In this document: piece after piece, positions 26,196 through 39,581 of the stretch
How positions within the stretch are numbered: position 1 is the stretch's first letter
How the letters are laid out: each line of letters starts with the position of its first letter
Source: Haliotis cracherodii
Taxonomy: Eukaryota
NCBI RefSeq assembly: GCF_022045235.1
Contig: NW_027266275.1
Span: forward strand, 62,930,001-62,994,000
Length of the DNA: 64,000 nucleotides
Reading direction: 5' to 3'
The notes under the pieces: model-generated
Seen by the model: only the letters and a program-made list of their open reading frames with translations
Told to the model about the DNA's origin: nothing
Databases searched by the model: none
Program-made: the position numbers and the translations under genes

Positions 26196-27519
26196 AGATT
26201 CACCGACATCAACAAAACAACATTCCCACGTCGTTTTGACTCTTGTATCTAGGGAGCTCTTGTGTATGATATAAATCATCGGGGTTTTATATTTTGTTTA
26301 TACGAAGTTTGTTAACGATTTCCCACTGATCGTCAGGTCTCTCCATCGTAGCTACACCAAAGTTCACTCTCCTAATGACTAGTTCCTCGAATGTCACGCT
26401 GACAAACCACAGAAAAATGCTTATTTCATTTAAAAGTAATTTGCATGCCCATATCCTTTAAAAACCAGTTTAGCTTGACGTAAAATCAAATTAAAATTGC
26501 ATATAATGTGTTCTGTTTCGCAACAATCTATTGCAGACCGGTGTAAAAGCTCATCAATGGGTCCATATTGCTGAAATGAGATTTTCTCAGGTCGTACAAT
26601 TCTCTTTGGAACCCACACATGTCGAATTTCCTGCTGTACCATTGCCTAGGTTTGTAGCTGAACGTCCCCTTCATAGTTTTTTGCATGAAAGGGGTTGCCT
26701 GTATATTATCATATGGGCAATGTAGCTGGAGAAAAAGTACAAGACTTGCAGTTACTGTGTTCGGAATAAGAACATTATGAATAGTGGCGTAGTGCTATTT
26801 GTGGTCGCCTTTTTCATGTGGAATATTGTTGAGTGCAGTATAAACAAAGTCACAAACAACACAAATATGTAGAAAATAAATTGTGTATGACTGTAAACTA
26901 TATACAGTAAGTATTACGTAGATACACAGAAATAAAGTTAGATTTTAGATAATAATTATTTTATTTACATATTGAAATATTTTTCCAAAGGTGTTATGAG
27001 ATATCGCTCCCTCACTTCATATTAAGAAGAAAAATACAAAATGAGATTCCAACTTCCATTCCTGCTCCACAGATCAGACGTAGTCCTCATTATATTATGC
27101 TTAAGTAATAAAACTATTATATTATTATAAAGTCGTGATGGTGACACTGTCAGTTCCGGTGGTCGTTCATAGTAAGTGTATCGAGTCTCATGTATTGATT
27201 ACTGTTCATGCGTAGTTGCTCCAGAAACTGTAACACATCGTATTTGACGTGAATGAGTAGTTCGTGGTTATCCCGTGGGAGACAGAATCAGTTCCCTGTT
27301 CCACTTGGTTGTGGTACATGTTTGGTTAGATTAGACTGGAGATCGTTTAGTTGGAGTGTGTCCCCTGAATGTGTGGATAGATAGAGAGAGCTTTGAGACT
27401 ACTTCATTTATACCACAACCTTAAAAAGCTTCATGGCTGAAGATAATATCAAAAATAGTAATGTTCATAAGTCCTGTGTGTTATTGATGATGCTAATATT
27501 ATTTTGGCTGATAATGGAA

Positions 27520-27985
27520 AGACCATCTCCGGTCTAGTGGTAGAGCGTCTGCCTGGAAAGCGGAAGGTCTGGGGTTCGATCCCCGGCCGTGTCATACCAA
27601 AGGACGTTAAAAGATTTTACTTGTTGTTGTAAAAGGGCTTAGAATATCCAAATTATATTATGAAACCATAAACTAGAGGACTTTAACACATCATACCTTG
27701 CACTCCTATACAAAGTATGATCATATGAAGGATCGAGTGACGAGAATGTCACTGGTTATTGAGATGTCGATGAATTGATGAAAGATCGGACGGAAGGACC
27801 AGTGGAAAGACTGACATCAAATATTGATATTAGCATGTGTACCACTGCTTTTGTCGCAATAATCAATAACGTTGTTAAAGGAGAGGTGGCTGAGAAAGTT
27901 AGGTTACACTGTATGGCGCTCGGCATTAAAGGGCTAACACAAGGAATGGTTGGCTCGGAGTCAGGATACTGTATACTGTGGTAAT
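27520..27985 (+). mobile_element. SINE family 3 (Meta-like) interrupted by a 275-bp insert
   Basis: SINE head at 27520-27630, resumes at 27906 (ACACTGTATGGCGCTCGGCATT); insert 27631-27905 matches 29493-29767. Confidence 0.88.
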
Positions 27986-28435
27986 TTCTTTGAGGTGAAA
28001 ATTAATAACTTGGGGTCCAGCGGTTAAAGACATATTTTTGGATCTTATGTAATTTGCATTGTCGCCATCTTCTTGGTAATCCACAAATATGGCGGAAACC
28101 TTTTAGTGTAGGGTCACTTTATTAAGTATTAAGCAGTGCGTTGTGACTGTTGTGTTATATGTATTTATACGCTGTGTTATGTATTGAATATAGACACAAT
28201 ACTTCGGCTCGGAGCGATTTTAAGGTGTGTAAGAAACAGATTACTGCACTCGTGCCTGTCAGATACCATTTATCCTACAACTCATGATATTAATGCTATC
28301 TGGTAGACAACTCGTATATTAATCTCTATATCAGCTAGTGGTCTTATCGTTTGTATACGTAGTGGTATAAGTATCGGTCGAATTGGTAGTGCTGGTAGTC
28401 GTATTCAAAATAGCAGTTGTTATATTAGTCGTAGA

Positions 28436-28483
28436 AGCAGTAGTTGTAGTAACAGTAGTAGTAGTAGCAGTAGTAGTAGTAAC

Positions 28484-28521
<38 letters not shown>
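28436..28521. repeat. (TAG)n microsatellite
   Basis: Direct reading. Confidence 0.95.
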
Positions 28522-28533
<12 letters not shown>

Positions 28534-30961
28534 TAGTAGTAGCGCTGTGTCATGTTTGAACAGTTCACATGTTTGAACACTAGCGTCCGCACTGGGAGTA
28601 TGATTGAAAAGTCAGTAAATACCGTTACTATCAACGATCTAGAGATAACTTCCTAAAGACTCGCTTTATTGAAGGTTTGATTGTCATATCAGTAAGAAAA
28701 GAGGAACGAATCCTATCTGCTATAGCGTCGTATAAATCAAATAAGGTTTCCCTGTACAAATGCCAATACTTGTGGCTCTGTGAAAAACGTTTGATGGCTC
28801 TCCTGCCAGGCATCGTATAACATATTGATAGTAGGGTTAGACTGCAGGGGAACAAATCATCCCATAGTTCTCAATGTTTTCGTGAGTCGATCAAAGGTGA
28901 CACTAACTGTCAGAATGTTCCAAAAAGGCCAGAAAAGGTCCCAGCTTCTCAGTTAGACGTCAAAAGGCACACATACTTACAACAGAAATTATCGACGTAT
29001 TCGCCAATACATTGAACTATTTAACAGTGGACTGCTAGATGGGATTGATATATAGAGGTTACCTTATACAGCTGTGTAATTGGTGATTGAAGTTGTCATG
29101 GGAGGCTTCAAGAGGACGACTGGCATGGCCTTCACACGGGGTACAATACATTAAGCACTTTACAAACGCTTGGTCACAGTTAAGGGAAGAACATGTGATC
29201 TTAGGAAAAGAAATATGAATCGAAGATTAAATATCTGGTGATATTTTCGGAACGTAATTTGGTTTAGTCTGTGCTAAAGTAACAGCATCCTTTACATACG
29301 AAGCGTGGGTCACTTATAGTCCAGCTGTTTGAGTTTTCCATAGGTCGATGTTATTTACACAGAGGGTTTTAGTCCAATATTCTTGTTCATTTTCTGAAAG
29401 CGTATACGGATCATTTTTATTGAAATAACATCCAAGTTTGTATTCGTAAGGATGTAATACATGATTATGATGACGACGATATAGGCAAGACAAAAAGGGC
29501 TTAGAATATCCAAATTTCATCATGAAACCATAAACTAGAGGACTTTTACACATCACACTTTGCACTCCTATACAAAGTGTGATCATATGAAGGATCGCGT
29601 GACGAGAATATCACTAGTTATTGAGAAGTCGATGAATTGATGAAAGATCGGATGGAAGGACCAGTGGAAAGACTGACATCAAATATTGATATTAGCATGT
29701 GTACCACTGCATTTGTCGCAATAATCAAGATCGTTGTTAAAGGAGAGGTGGCTGAGAAAGTTAGGTTTAACATCATTTCATGGCCTCATGTGACATGGAG
29801 TCTTCCGTGATGTAGATCTTGGATGTTCGGAACCTATTCCACGAGTACGCCAGCGCGCTTGCAGGCCAATGATCACACTTAGGGCAAATATGTGATAGAA
29901 ACTCACCTCGAAGTGTATAGATGTACCGCATAGCACATTAAAGCACATTAAATGCATCGGCCCGTGCTATGTTTCAAAGCAAGCAACATGGCTACATCTT
30001 TGTTTAAACAGCTTCAGTGTTCAATCGTTTCCAAAAGAAACACATTTCAGCGAATGGTTTTCTATTTTCTCACAAAACACCAACACAGAAGAAACGGGTT
30101 GTGTTGTATTGCCCTAATGCATGGTTGGATGTATATCCGTGTTATAAATATAAATGAGAGTCAATGCCGAAGATAAAGTCTGGTCACCGTTCGGCTATTT
30201 CCGACTTAATATACAGAAGAAACTCAAATGTCCAAATGAGGTTCAAGTCTCTTGGTATGTCATTATATGGACATCATGTAAATCTAATGTGTTTTTAAAA
30301 CAGTTTTGATGAGCTTTTAAATACATGAGTCGCAACGTGATGCCGTTTAATTTTTATTTCTCTACGAATAAGCATAGGATAATTACGGGAACTATTTTAA
30401 GTAGAATTGTTTCGTTGCGTTGCACAAGCTACTCTCAAGAGAAATTAAAATGTAACTAGAATATTAGAAATGAGAAAAATAGAAATAAAACGCAAATTAT
30501 TTTAATCTGTTGAATCATGTTAGCTACTAAATAGGCAGAGTGAGTGAGTGAAAAAAGTTTTTTGCCGCTTTCAGTATCTTTCCAGAAAGACGCGTCGGGG
30601 ACACTAAAAATGCCCTCTCGTCGTGACGTGGGAACGATTTAACCATGAGAACATCCTGTAGCCCGATTAACTAGACAGATACGTTGCACAAAAATAATGA
30701 AAATAGCTTTTTGAAACTGTATAGACAAAGGATTATTATGTACCGATATCAGTATATATGTAATGAGTATTGTCGGTCTTACAATTACATTCAGGGGCGC
30801 TTTTTATTGTCTGTCGAGGTAGGTGTTTAGAGAGGTGCGATTAAGGTTACCGTAAAAACGCCACAGCTTGTCCAGAAACTATCGTTCTGTGATATAGCAA
30901 TGTCAACTCTAACGCATATGTCGCCTTAAAAACATTTTCTGCGCGCGATTCTCAGTTGTGT

Positions 30962-31250
30962 AGGGGGCGCTGGTGGCCGTCTATGTCGTCTACGGTGACG
31001 CGATTTGCTGTGCAGTGTTGCGTCCCTTAGGCACGCCAGAAACCTATGATTGTGGCATCGAATCCCGGTTCAACACGATTATGTTTCTTGGTTTGTCAGC
31101 ACCATATCCGTGCTCGTGGGTTTCACCGAAATGGTAAATGTCAGAGACCTACATCACTTGGGGCTTTCCTCCCACACTATGCTGACACGCCGTGATATGA
31201 CTGGAATACTGTTAAAAGCGGCGTTAGACCCACCTCACTCACTCACACAG
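30962..31250 (+). mobile_element. SINE family 2 (V-like)
   Basis: Homologous to 42804-43085. Confidence 0.88.
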
Positions 31251-31264
31251 TCAGTTGTTAAATA

Positions 31265-32420
31265 TACGCGGGGTGGCTGAAAAGTTCATCTAGGATGGAC
31301 TGTGTTAATGGAGATAGTTTTTAATATGTTTAAAAGCGGCGTTAAACCCAAATTATTCACTCACTCCTGCTGTCATCAGAATTGTGCGATGATGCTGGAA
31401 GGTAAGTTTCCTGAATTTTCTTCAGTCATATTGATTTGTAAGACCACTTGAAATGTGTTTTTTAATATGTTTTCACAATCCCAACCGAGGTCCACACACT
31501 TTCATCCCACTGGAGTAGAAGGCTTCCTCCTGATGGTGTTCAAAGTCCTCTACAGCAGAATTGACAACATTGTCAATTGCATAATTCTTTCCAGACGCTT
31601 CAATTTTTAGTTTGAGAAGAGATGGAAATCGATCGTACCAAATAGAAGCAACAGTCATGCATTGCAACCATGGCGATTTCAGACTTGTGCACACTGTTCT
31701 GGCGGTATAACATGTCTAAAGCGAGTTTTTCACGACGTTCAGCCTTCATATTCTCAGCCTTTGCAGATCAGCATAACATTGGCCCTTAATAGTCTGACCT
31801 TTCGAGAGGTAGTCCACCAATCGGATTCCCTTTGAATCCCAGAAAACCGAAGCCATCACCTTTCCAGCTGGTGGAAGAGACATTGCCTTCTTTGGGGTAA
31901 AAGATGTTAGATTGTCTACTGTTTTGACTGTAGTTTAGTTCCAAGCTGATGGTGGTGAGCCTAAGCTCATCCATGATTGCCAATTGCTCATCAGCATCAG
32001 CTGGGTCAGCTTCAAAACGACGTATTTGAACCTATTTGAAAACGAGATGATGAACCTGGAGATGCAGAACCCCTGAATGGATATGTGGCGTGTGGTGAGT
32101 GGTTGATCATCCACGAACATATCATTTGTACATGTATCGAGTATGTTATCAACCTTTTTTCTAAGTGATAGCAGTTGATTTTGAATCATCCTTGAGGCTC
32201 ACTCTTCCCCTCTTGAACTCTACTGAATCATCACCTAAAGTTAACACCATGTCCGCATGGTTGGCTTTGGAGCTACATGATGACAGCGCGGTAGCAACTG
32301 CGTCCAATTTAATCAACAATATGTTGCCTGAGTGTGTATTTGGTTCAAATGCAGACTGTATCCATGCCATGTGTATTGTACTTAATACATGCAAGTTGGC
32401 AAGAGTGTGCTATACATTCG
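31265..32420 (-). mobile_element. Decayed mariner transposon
   Basis: TA plus TIR-like CGCGGGGTGGCTGAAAAGTTC at 31265; minus-strand pieces EFKRGRVSLKDD, KKVD...DDQPLTTRHI, KVMASVFWD, LKLKIEASGKNY...NSAVEDF. Confidence 0.85.
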
Positions 32421-32639
32421 TCAGTGTTTGTCTCATAACTTTTCAGTTACACCTCGTCCCCCAACTTCCGACCAAACAGGAAACGCATAGGTGGAACCAA
32501 TATTTTCAAAAAGTAAATTTCGTGGATGGAAAAACTTCCATGTTGCACTGCTACATGACATTAAGTCAACTTGTTCTTTTTAATTGATATCGGATTACAA
32601 AACGAGTTGACTGTCTTTGACAGCTAATTCCGATTACCT

Positions 32640-32990
32640 ATGTATTAGAGCAATAATCTACATTTCAATTGAGGTACAATCGAGAAAGAATTTTTCTTTT
32701 AATATTTCAAATAACTTTGTACGTCTCGTGCTCTAACGGTATCAAGGTTAGAACACTCAATGCCCCCATAAAGCTTTCAAAAGGTTTTATGGTAGACATA
32801 TGGAGGACATTCCCACATTTGACGCATCAGTGACAAAATGTATGTCTGATGCAATTCCCTGTTTTGACGTGTATCATGTGTTCCCGTGTTCTTTTTCAGA
32901 TGAAAGTTGACTTGTCTTTGAATGAGTTTGTCACGGTTGCCACCGGAGAGCCAGGATACGCTCACCTTTTCGCAAACACCTGCTACCATC
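32640..32990 (+). mobile_element. Degenerate Penelope-like 3' remnant
   Basis: Similar to 10650-10820 (TTTCAAAAGGTTTTATGGTAGACAT) and to the terminal motif GATACGCTCACCTTTTCGC. Confidence 0.6.
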
Positions 32991-34181
32991 GCTATTTGAT
33001 ATTTATTCATAAACACATGTTCCATATATATTCGGAATTGTAAAATGGAGTAAGATATTTCTTATTATTATGGGAAGGGTTTTGTTGCGTGTATTTGCAC
33101 GTTCCCTGAGAGTGATTAGGGTCACGACAGCACAAAGGCATGCATCTACCTTATGCAGAGAGTATGAGTCCAAGGCCTGGCTTGTGACAGTTGTGTTGAA
33201 GTGACATTAATAAGCATTCGAGAATCTGCTATCATTCGTGACACGAGTACCAGACACGATTTCAAACATACGAAATTGTGTATCTTTGAATGAAACTATC
33301 CTGCGGTATAAAATGTTCAAAAACCTGAATATTTTACCCACCCGTTGTACAACGCGATTGTTTGACTGATACACGTTAGCATTGTGTTCTCAGCTGAATA
33401 TGCCCTGGAAAATATTGAAACTGCTTGATGTTCTGGTGCGTTTTTTTTTGTTGCTATTTTAGTCTTAAGTCAGCAATGTTCACCCCGTCCCTCGTGCAGG
33501 GTCTATTTGTATATATATAAAAGAAATCATTATATGCGAGTGTTTTTTGTCACGAACGAGAGAAATCGGAAATATCAGGAATATGGAAGCGATTCTACGT
33601 CTATATGATATTTGTGCAATTCTTTACCAGTTGTATTACCCGTCATGGACAAATGGAAGTTCAATGTCTGAATAGCCTTCGTTCGAAGTTATACAGTGTT
33701 TATTTCAAATGCCATTCCGCTCGACAAGACCCTTCTTAACTAGGTTAAGTAGCCTCGAGTCCAAACAATACAAGACAATTTCACACTTCCACTGTGGGGT
33801 TTAGAGTATCTATAGAGTGCAAGAAGTCTCTGGTATGTAATCCTTACATTATTATTGCCCTGATACTTATTGATATTTCATAGTTAATCAATTATTGCCC
33901 TTTGTGTTTGTACATTTTCTTCGACTGCCACCCCCGGATGACTATTTGAGAAACAACGGTCAATACCAAACCAGAAGAGCTGTTCCGATGACTTCTGTCC
34001 AGAGTGTAAACCACTCGTTCGGCTTCGGTAGGCTGGTATTGTGTAGCAAAATTGGTGTCATGCAAGCCACAGAGTTTACAGAGAGCAAATGTATAGATCC
34101 ATCAAAGGGTGCGGGCACTGGACTATTTGTGGATACATATAGCGATCAAACGTTAAATTGTTACTGTCAAGACTATTACAT

Positions 34182-34450
34182 TGTTTGTTTGTTTGTTGTT
34201 TAACGCCGTACTCAGCAATATTCCAGCTATATGGCGGCGGTCTGTAAACAATCAAGTATGGACAGGACAACCCAGTGATTGATATTATGAGCATCCATTC
34301 ACGCAATTGGGATACGATGACATGCATCAACCAAGTTAGCGAGTCTGACCATCCGATCCCGTTAGTCGCCTCTTACGACAAGCATGGTCGCATTTTACGG
34401 CAAGCATGGGTTGCTGAATATCTATTCTAACCCATATATTAGCGGGTCCA
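34182..34450 (-). mobile_element. SINE-like family 4
   Basis: Full-length reverse copy. Confidence 0.88.
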
Positions 34451-35499
34451 TGACCATGATAAGCTAAGTGTTCATATAGAATGTATAAAGTATACACTCT
34501 CCACTTCACAACTAATATAACATACACACAAAATGTTCTCTCACGCTTTCACGTTATCGACGCTATATTTATACCCACAAATCATTAGTATTGCCATTGT
34601 TATTAGAAAGGTTTTTCTTTTCGTTCAGAACATTACACAAACGTATGTATACCTTTCCCTCTAAACCTTTTATTGTCAGACACAAATTTTGCAAAACAGT
34701 TCCAGCTTACTGAGCCCCAAAGCATCAACACATATTTTTAATACTAGACTGAAGCAATCAGTACTGCTGTTCTTGTTTAATGGTAACCTTGGTTTCTCAT
34801 CTAGGGATGGCTGTCGGCCTGAAGTAAGAGAAATGTATGGCTATGTTTCTATAACTATAGCTGCAGTTGTTACTAGTGGATAATTATCAATTGGGTTGGT
34901 TTTCCAACTTAATGGTATGATGGTTGTATAATATCTTAAAATAATTTATCGTCCAATGTTTACAAATATATTGATTAGCTTATCCTGAAGATGCTGCCAA
35001 ATAATTTCGTCTGGGCTTCAGAATATGTCGGGAGGCGCGCTTTTTATTACGTGATTAGTCTGCCTCCCTGCTTTATCGTGACTTGAGGAGATAAAATTTC
35101 TAATACTAAGTAATTTGTACCAGATTTAAGTTATTGAGACAGATATACTGCTAATGTCAGATACCCTACTAGTTTATTGTTAAGGTATACTTTCCCTTAT
35201 CAATCACGTGTGGACAAAGGTCTATTTTTGTACAGATTTGTGTACCCTGGCCTTGCCATTTCGTAACCTCTAGCTTGTACTCTGCATGTCGCTACCCTAA
35301 CTATTATAAGTTGAAATACAACTGTAAAAGTTGCAATAAAGGCTCCATGCAACATTTCTAATGTCTTTGCAGTATGTCTTGAATCTCGAAGTATTTCAGA
35401 AAAGAAGTTTCAGAGGAAACAACAAATACCTCACTTCGACCGTTTTGAGCACAAGAAACCGAGGTTTATAGGTCACAAGTGTCCTCGGGTCACGTACAG

Positions 35500-36265
35500 G
35501 TATCTTTTTAAGTTGTCCATCATGAGAGAGAGAGGGAGAGAGTCCTCTCTTTTGGCGGGATTTAGCACCTTTGTTCCTATGTTCCCGGGTCAGGGTTAAA
35601 TGATTCTTACGTCAAAATTGTCAACATGTCCACCCGTCAACCCCCCTACGGGTGTATACAACTAAAACTTGTCATTTTCTCCTAAACCGTTCCGTGTACA
35701 AGCGAACGAAAGAAATCTTAGAAAGAGAGATTAGAGGTCGAATCCTGTAAGGCTGACTGAAAGAGATATTTTCAAACATGTTAAACGATATCTTTGATGT
35801 AGAATTTAGAAAGAAGTAGGAGGTATTTTAACTTGGATTTTTACAGGAGGAGAATTTGGAAGACATGTACCATAAAATAGCTCACAATAAACGTTGAACG
35901 CCAGGAGTCCCGGCCCGCCCGCCGCCGCCCGCCCCTTAAATCCAATATTGTTGCCATAGTGCATGACCTACGGCAAATAAATAAATTGACTAGCTACTAT
36001 AACGTTTGGCAATTTTGAAAGTTATCGTATGAGCTCCTGGGGGCACAATAGGGTATTACTTTTTAATTACTTTTTAATTATCTTACCCCTAGTCCCTTAG
36101 TGAGTCTACTGCTGGTTAACTTTTTGGACAGAATCGGTCGACTGGTTCTTCAGTTTTAGTTCTTACACAAAACGGAGGAATAATAATAATAAGAAGTAGA
36201 AGAAGAAGAAGAAGAAGAAGAAATGTAGAATATGCAATGAATTTATTGAGACTGTCCAACACATT
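35500..36265. mobile_element. Possible non-autonomous Helentron-like element
   Basis: GC-rich (CCG)n patch at about 35910 and an (AAT)n(AAG)n end at 36178-36222; assignment from general architecture only. Confidence 0.3.
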
Positions 36266-38550
36266 GTCAGGGGATGCCCAGCTTTGGCACAAACACGGTA
36301 TCTTGAGCGACGGAATGGTTCGATCCTTTTATTACCGTCTTCGCCATGCTTGTGGTTTTGACACAGAGGTCCATCGATGGTACTACCCAGAATATGTTTA
36401 GGGCGTCATGGGAAAGGGTAAATACATACTTCTTTGGAAATGGTCCGCATACAGCCTCAGACCTATCCAGGCCAACAAGCCTGATCTTGCCTTTTTCGAT
36501 GGATCCAAAAAATGAACTTACTGATAACATTGAATTCTCTCTCCCTCTTAACACTAATGTGATTGACAACATTCATGAAAACATGGCACATATGCTGGCC
36601 TCGCTTGCATCCCAAGTACCAAGTTGTCCGACACCCCATGGTTCTTGATGGCTTAGGTTTGGTACCTCCCAAGCTGTTGATTGGCATTGGGAGAGTACCC
36701 GGGTTTGCTACTAGGAATACAGCCCTTCTGACAATCTGGGTAAGGCAGAAGGCAGGAGTTGTCTTCACATTCTCCGAAAAAGTTCTCAATGTGTTCGACT
36801 AGCTGTTCGCTGTCTGGGCCGCGTGTAGTGTGGGCAAGGGCCTTGAGCTGACGATGAGCCTAAACAGCCTGACTGTGCCAGGATCACCCAAACACTTTTT
36901 GCTGCATTTATGTATTTATATTACTGTACGATAATAATTCTTTGCATATGAGAGTTGATACCAAGTTATCCCAAAAGCATTAAACATAAATACCAGTCTC
37001 TATTATCCGTAGGACATTTCTATTGGGTGTAAAAGCCAAAATAACGGTGAAAATTATATGAGTGGGTGACCGAAAATCAGTGATGACACACGGTGTGCAC
37101 GTAAAGGGTAAGCATGTGCTAACAGTTGCACACGCCCCCGACACAATTTGCATAAAAAAGCATGTCTTTGTTACCTGACACCTTACATCAGTACTCCTGT
37201 CTGGTTTGTTAAATCATATGATCACAGATGCGAAACAAAGAGAAATATTACTTCCAGTGTACAGGATGCTTTAGTGCCGTCCCCTGGAGACATACAGAAC
37301 ATAGCATTTCCACTCATCACACACTGATACATAGGCATGAAATGAACTCGTTGATGCTACAAATGTTTCCAACTTTTATATTTAATCAACTGTTCTAGAG
37401 AAAACATTATGTATTTACCTTTGTGAGACTATGAAATTAGTTCATCATGTTCCACATAAAGATTCAACTGCTTTCTCCCTTTGAAAAATGTGAGATTAAA
37501 TTCCCCCACCACCACCCCTTATCGTACTGCTCTTGTCGTCTCAACAAATCATCTCGCAGTCTTTGGGCCCAGTTGTGACAGTCAGTGAAATAACGAAGTG
37601 TTGTCATGAAAGCTGAATTAATTAGTCTGCAACCAGTTCTAACATTATCCCGAAGTTCAATCCTCACCCCACAAAAAATCAAAGTTATGCTCCCTTGTAG
37701 CATATTGATCAATCTGTACAACCACAAAATTCGCTTTTATTCAATTACTATTTTTGCACGCGAAGCAAAAAATCGACATGTTCTACTACATCCTGCATAC
37801 TTGTCTCCTCTAATCTTCCGCGCTGGCGGCTGTGGTATTCGGAAAGGTGAATAACTTAAATAACAAGGCGATTGTCTGAAATAGCTGCCCTCTTTTATAC
37901 ACCGTCACATTGAAGTCGCGCTAAGATATGTAAAATTGTCTTTTGGAAAATTACATATCTCTCTCTTTTATCATAAAGGGTGAAAGTTTGGTACTTTGCC
38001 TCACACAGAACTTCTGATGGTGCTGGATAACAAAGCTATGTATGCAACATGGCGTTTACAGAAACGTAATTTTACATGTATTTTAATCAACGATAACACA
38101 TTGCAGAAAGAAAACCCATTTCGTTACATTGTGATTAATTGTCATTCCATCGCATTTATTTACTTTTTTTCCGCGACTACCAACAGAAAACACTTATTTG
38201 AATCAAGTATTGTTTAAGCCATGACTTATTCATTATCCATATTATTAAGTTTAAGTGGTGGGTGATCGCCTTAATGGCATTTGCATTGGAAGAAGCAATA
38301 CCATCATTGATGTGCCTGAAGAACATTCAACAGTGTTATTCAATCATAGACCATTTTTGTATCAGACTACTGAATTTCATGAGGCACTTGGGTAATAATT
38401 GCTAAGCGAACCAAATAAAAACGAAAGGAAACATTTCTGTAATCAAAAGAAATCTCCATCATAAGAGTCCACATTAGAGTCCAACGATATCATCAACATG
38501 TTTTTAAAGGCAAATGCCCTGTTGACCTAAACAACCATATGGTACGAGTA

Positions 38551-39385
38551 TGTTTTTATCCCCCGCCACGAAGTGGAAGGGACATACAGGAATGGGTGCC
38601 GTCCGTCTGTCACAGTTGTTTCCAGAGCAGAACTAAAAAGTGATGAGAGATATCGTAACCAAACCTGGCAGAACTGGTGGCTTTTGATAGTTTGGGATTT
38701 AAAAAAAATATATTATTCGAATTTACCTGGCAACGACTTTGGCTTAGACTGAAAACAGTGAACAGTGGCACCCGAGCCAGCCTACTTCCTCGCAGTGCAT
38801 GCCGGTAACATGAATTGTGGCACCCAAACCAGCCTAGCTACTTCCTCGCAGTGGATGCTGGTAACTTGAACAGGGGCACCCGAACCAGTGTACCTCATCG
38901 CAGTGGATGCTGGTAACTTGAACAGGGGCATTGATAGTGTCACCAGAACCAGCCTACCTCCTCACAGTGCATGCCGGTAACATGAATAGTGGCACCTGCA
39001 CCTGGGTGCCGATAACATGGATAGTGTCACCCGAACCAGGGTACTTCCTCGCAGTGGATGCCGTTAACGTGATCAGTGGTACCCGAACCAGCCTATTTCC
39101 TCGCAGTGCTGTCCAACTGGACACACACTGTTAGAGAACAGTAAAGTAAAGTGAGAACTCCCTTTCTTCTCTGATTATTGTTTAAGTATTAACACAACTC
39201 ATTATAAATACAGTTATGTATTCTGTCATAAACTGCAGATGACAAAATAACACCAGTAATAACTTTTTTATTGCTTGCAATAAGGCCATTAGAATAAGGT
39301 CGAGTGAACATAGTTCACAGGAGCTAATGCCTTGCACACAGCCGGACATGTCATATTGGTGGGGAATATGAGTATTTCATGCTTG
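38551..39385 (+). mobile_element. Helentron-associated (pearl/CvA-like) non-autonomous element
   Basis: TTTTTATCCCCCGCCACGAAGTGG start, GTCCGTCTGTC microsatellite, ACCAAACCTGG, internal tandem array, TATTGGTGGGGAATAT end. Confidence 0.6.
38763..39110. repeat. About 52-bp degenerate tandem repeat, about 6 copies
   Basis: GGCACCCGAACCAGCCTACTTCCTCGCAGTGGATGCCGGTAACATGAA recurs. Confidence 0.9.
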
Positions 39386-39495
39386 TTCACTTTATTTTTG
39401 GTGTTGTATTATGGTCTAGTACAGAGCTGTTTACATTATTTTTTCATAAAATCATCCTAAGCGACATCGTCAAACAATTACCGCTCCTGTTCTAT

Positions 39496-39496
<1 letters not shown>

Positions 39497-39578
<82 letters not shown>

Positions 39579-39581
39579 TAT
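39497..39581. repeat. (TA)n microsatellite
   Basis: Direct reading. Confidence 0.95.

Larger units (their letters stand above)
26200..34010 (-). pseudogene. NLR-like pseudogene, copy 3 (TRADD-N-like - NACHT - HD2)
   Basis: HSGSVKLSCIVWTRGYLT*LRRVLSSGMAFEIN (33690-33800), KTLCVNNIDLWKT (Walker A remnant, about 29330-29370), RFIFLFLR (about 29200-29225), FPCSLTLLSICY...LYRETLFDL (ORF 28631..28855), SFQQYGPIDELL (ORF 26430..26642, paralogous to KEQKPMDELL in copy 6). Confidence 0.55.

Noticed and set aside
24702-26279. 329-525 aa repetitive ORFs (His/Cys-rich or MYMKPTSTGAVLETEGH repeats) as a biomineral or metal-binding protein
   Set aside because: The unit length is a multiple of 3 and open in four frames, variants are mostly non-synonymous, the core matches a SINE, and there is no signal peptide or evident exon structure
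33880-33990. Similarity of LFWFGID...INKY to the SAMD9 AlbA domain
   Set aside because: Only a few residues match; downstream sequence fits a TRADD-N-like motif better
36346-36450. Fibrinogen-domain-like QR.IDG...FRASW motif
   Set aside because: Spacing is off and the following GFG/EFWLG motifs are missing
37606-37854. Paralogous plus-strand ORFs (37606..37854, 52555..52803, 58890..59186, 40905..41204, 55109..55438) as exons of a plus-strand gene
   Set aside because: Recognisable motifs and the clearest synonymous patterns are on the minus strand; the frame in these blocks is ambiguous, so a plus-strand exon is unsupported but not excluded
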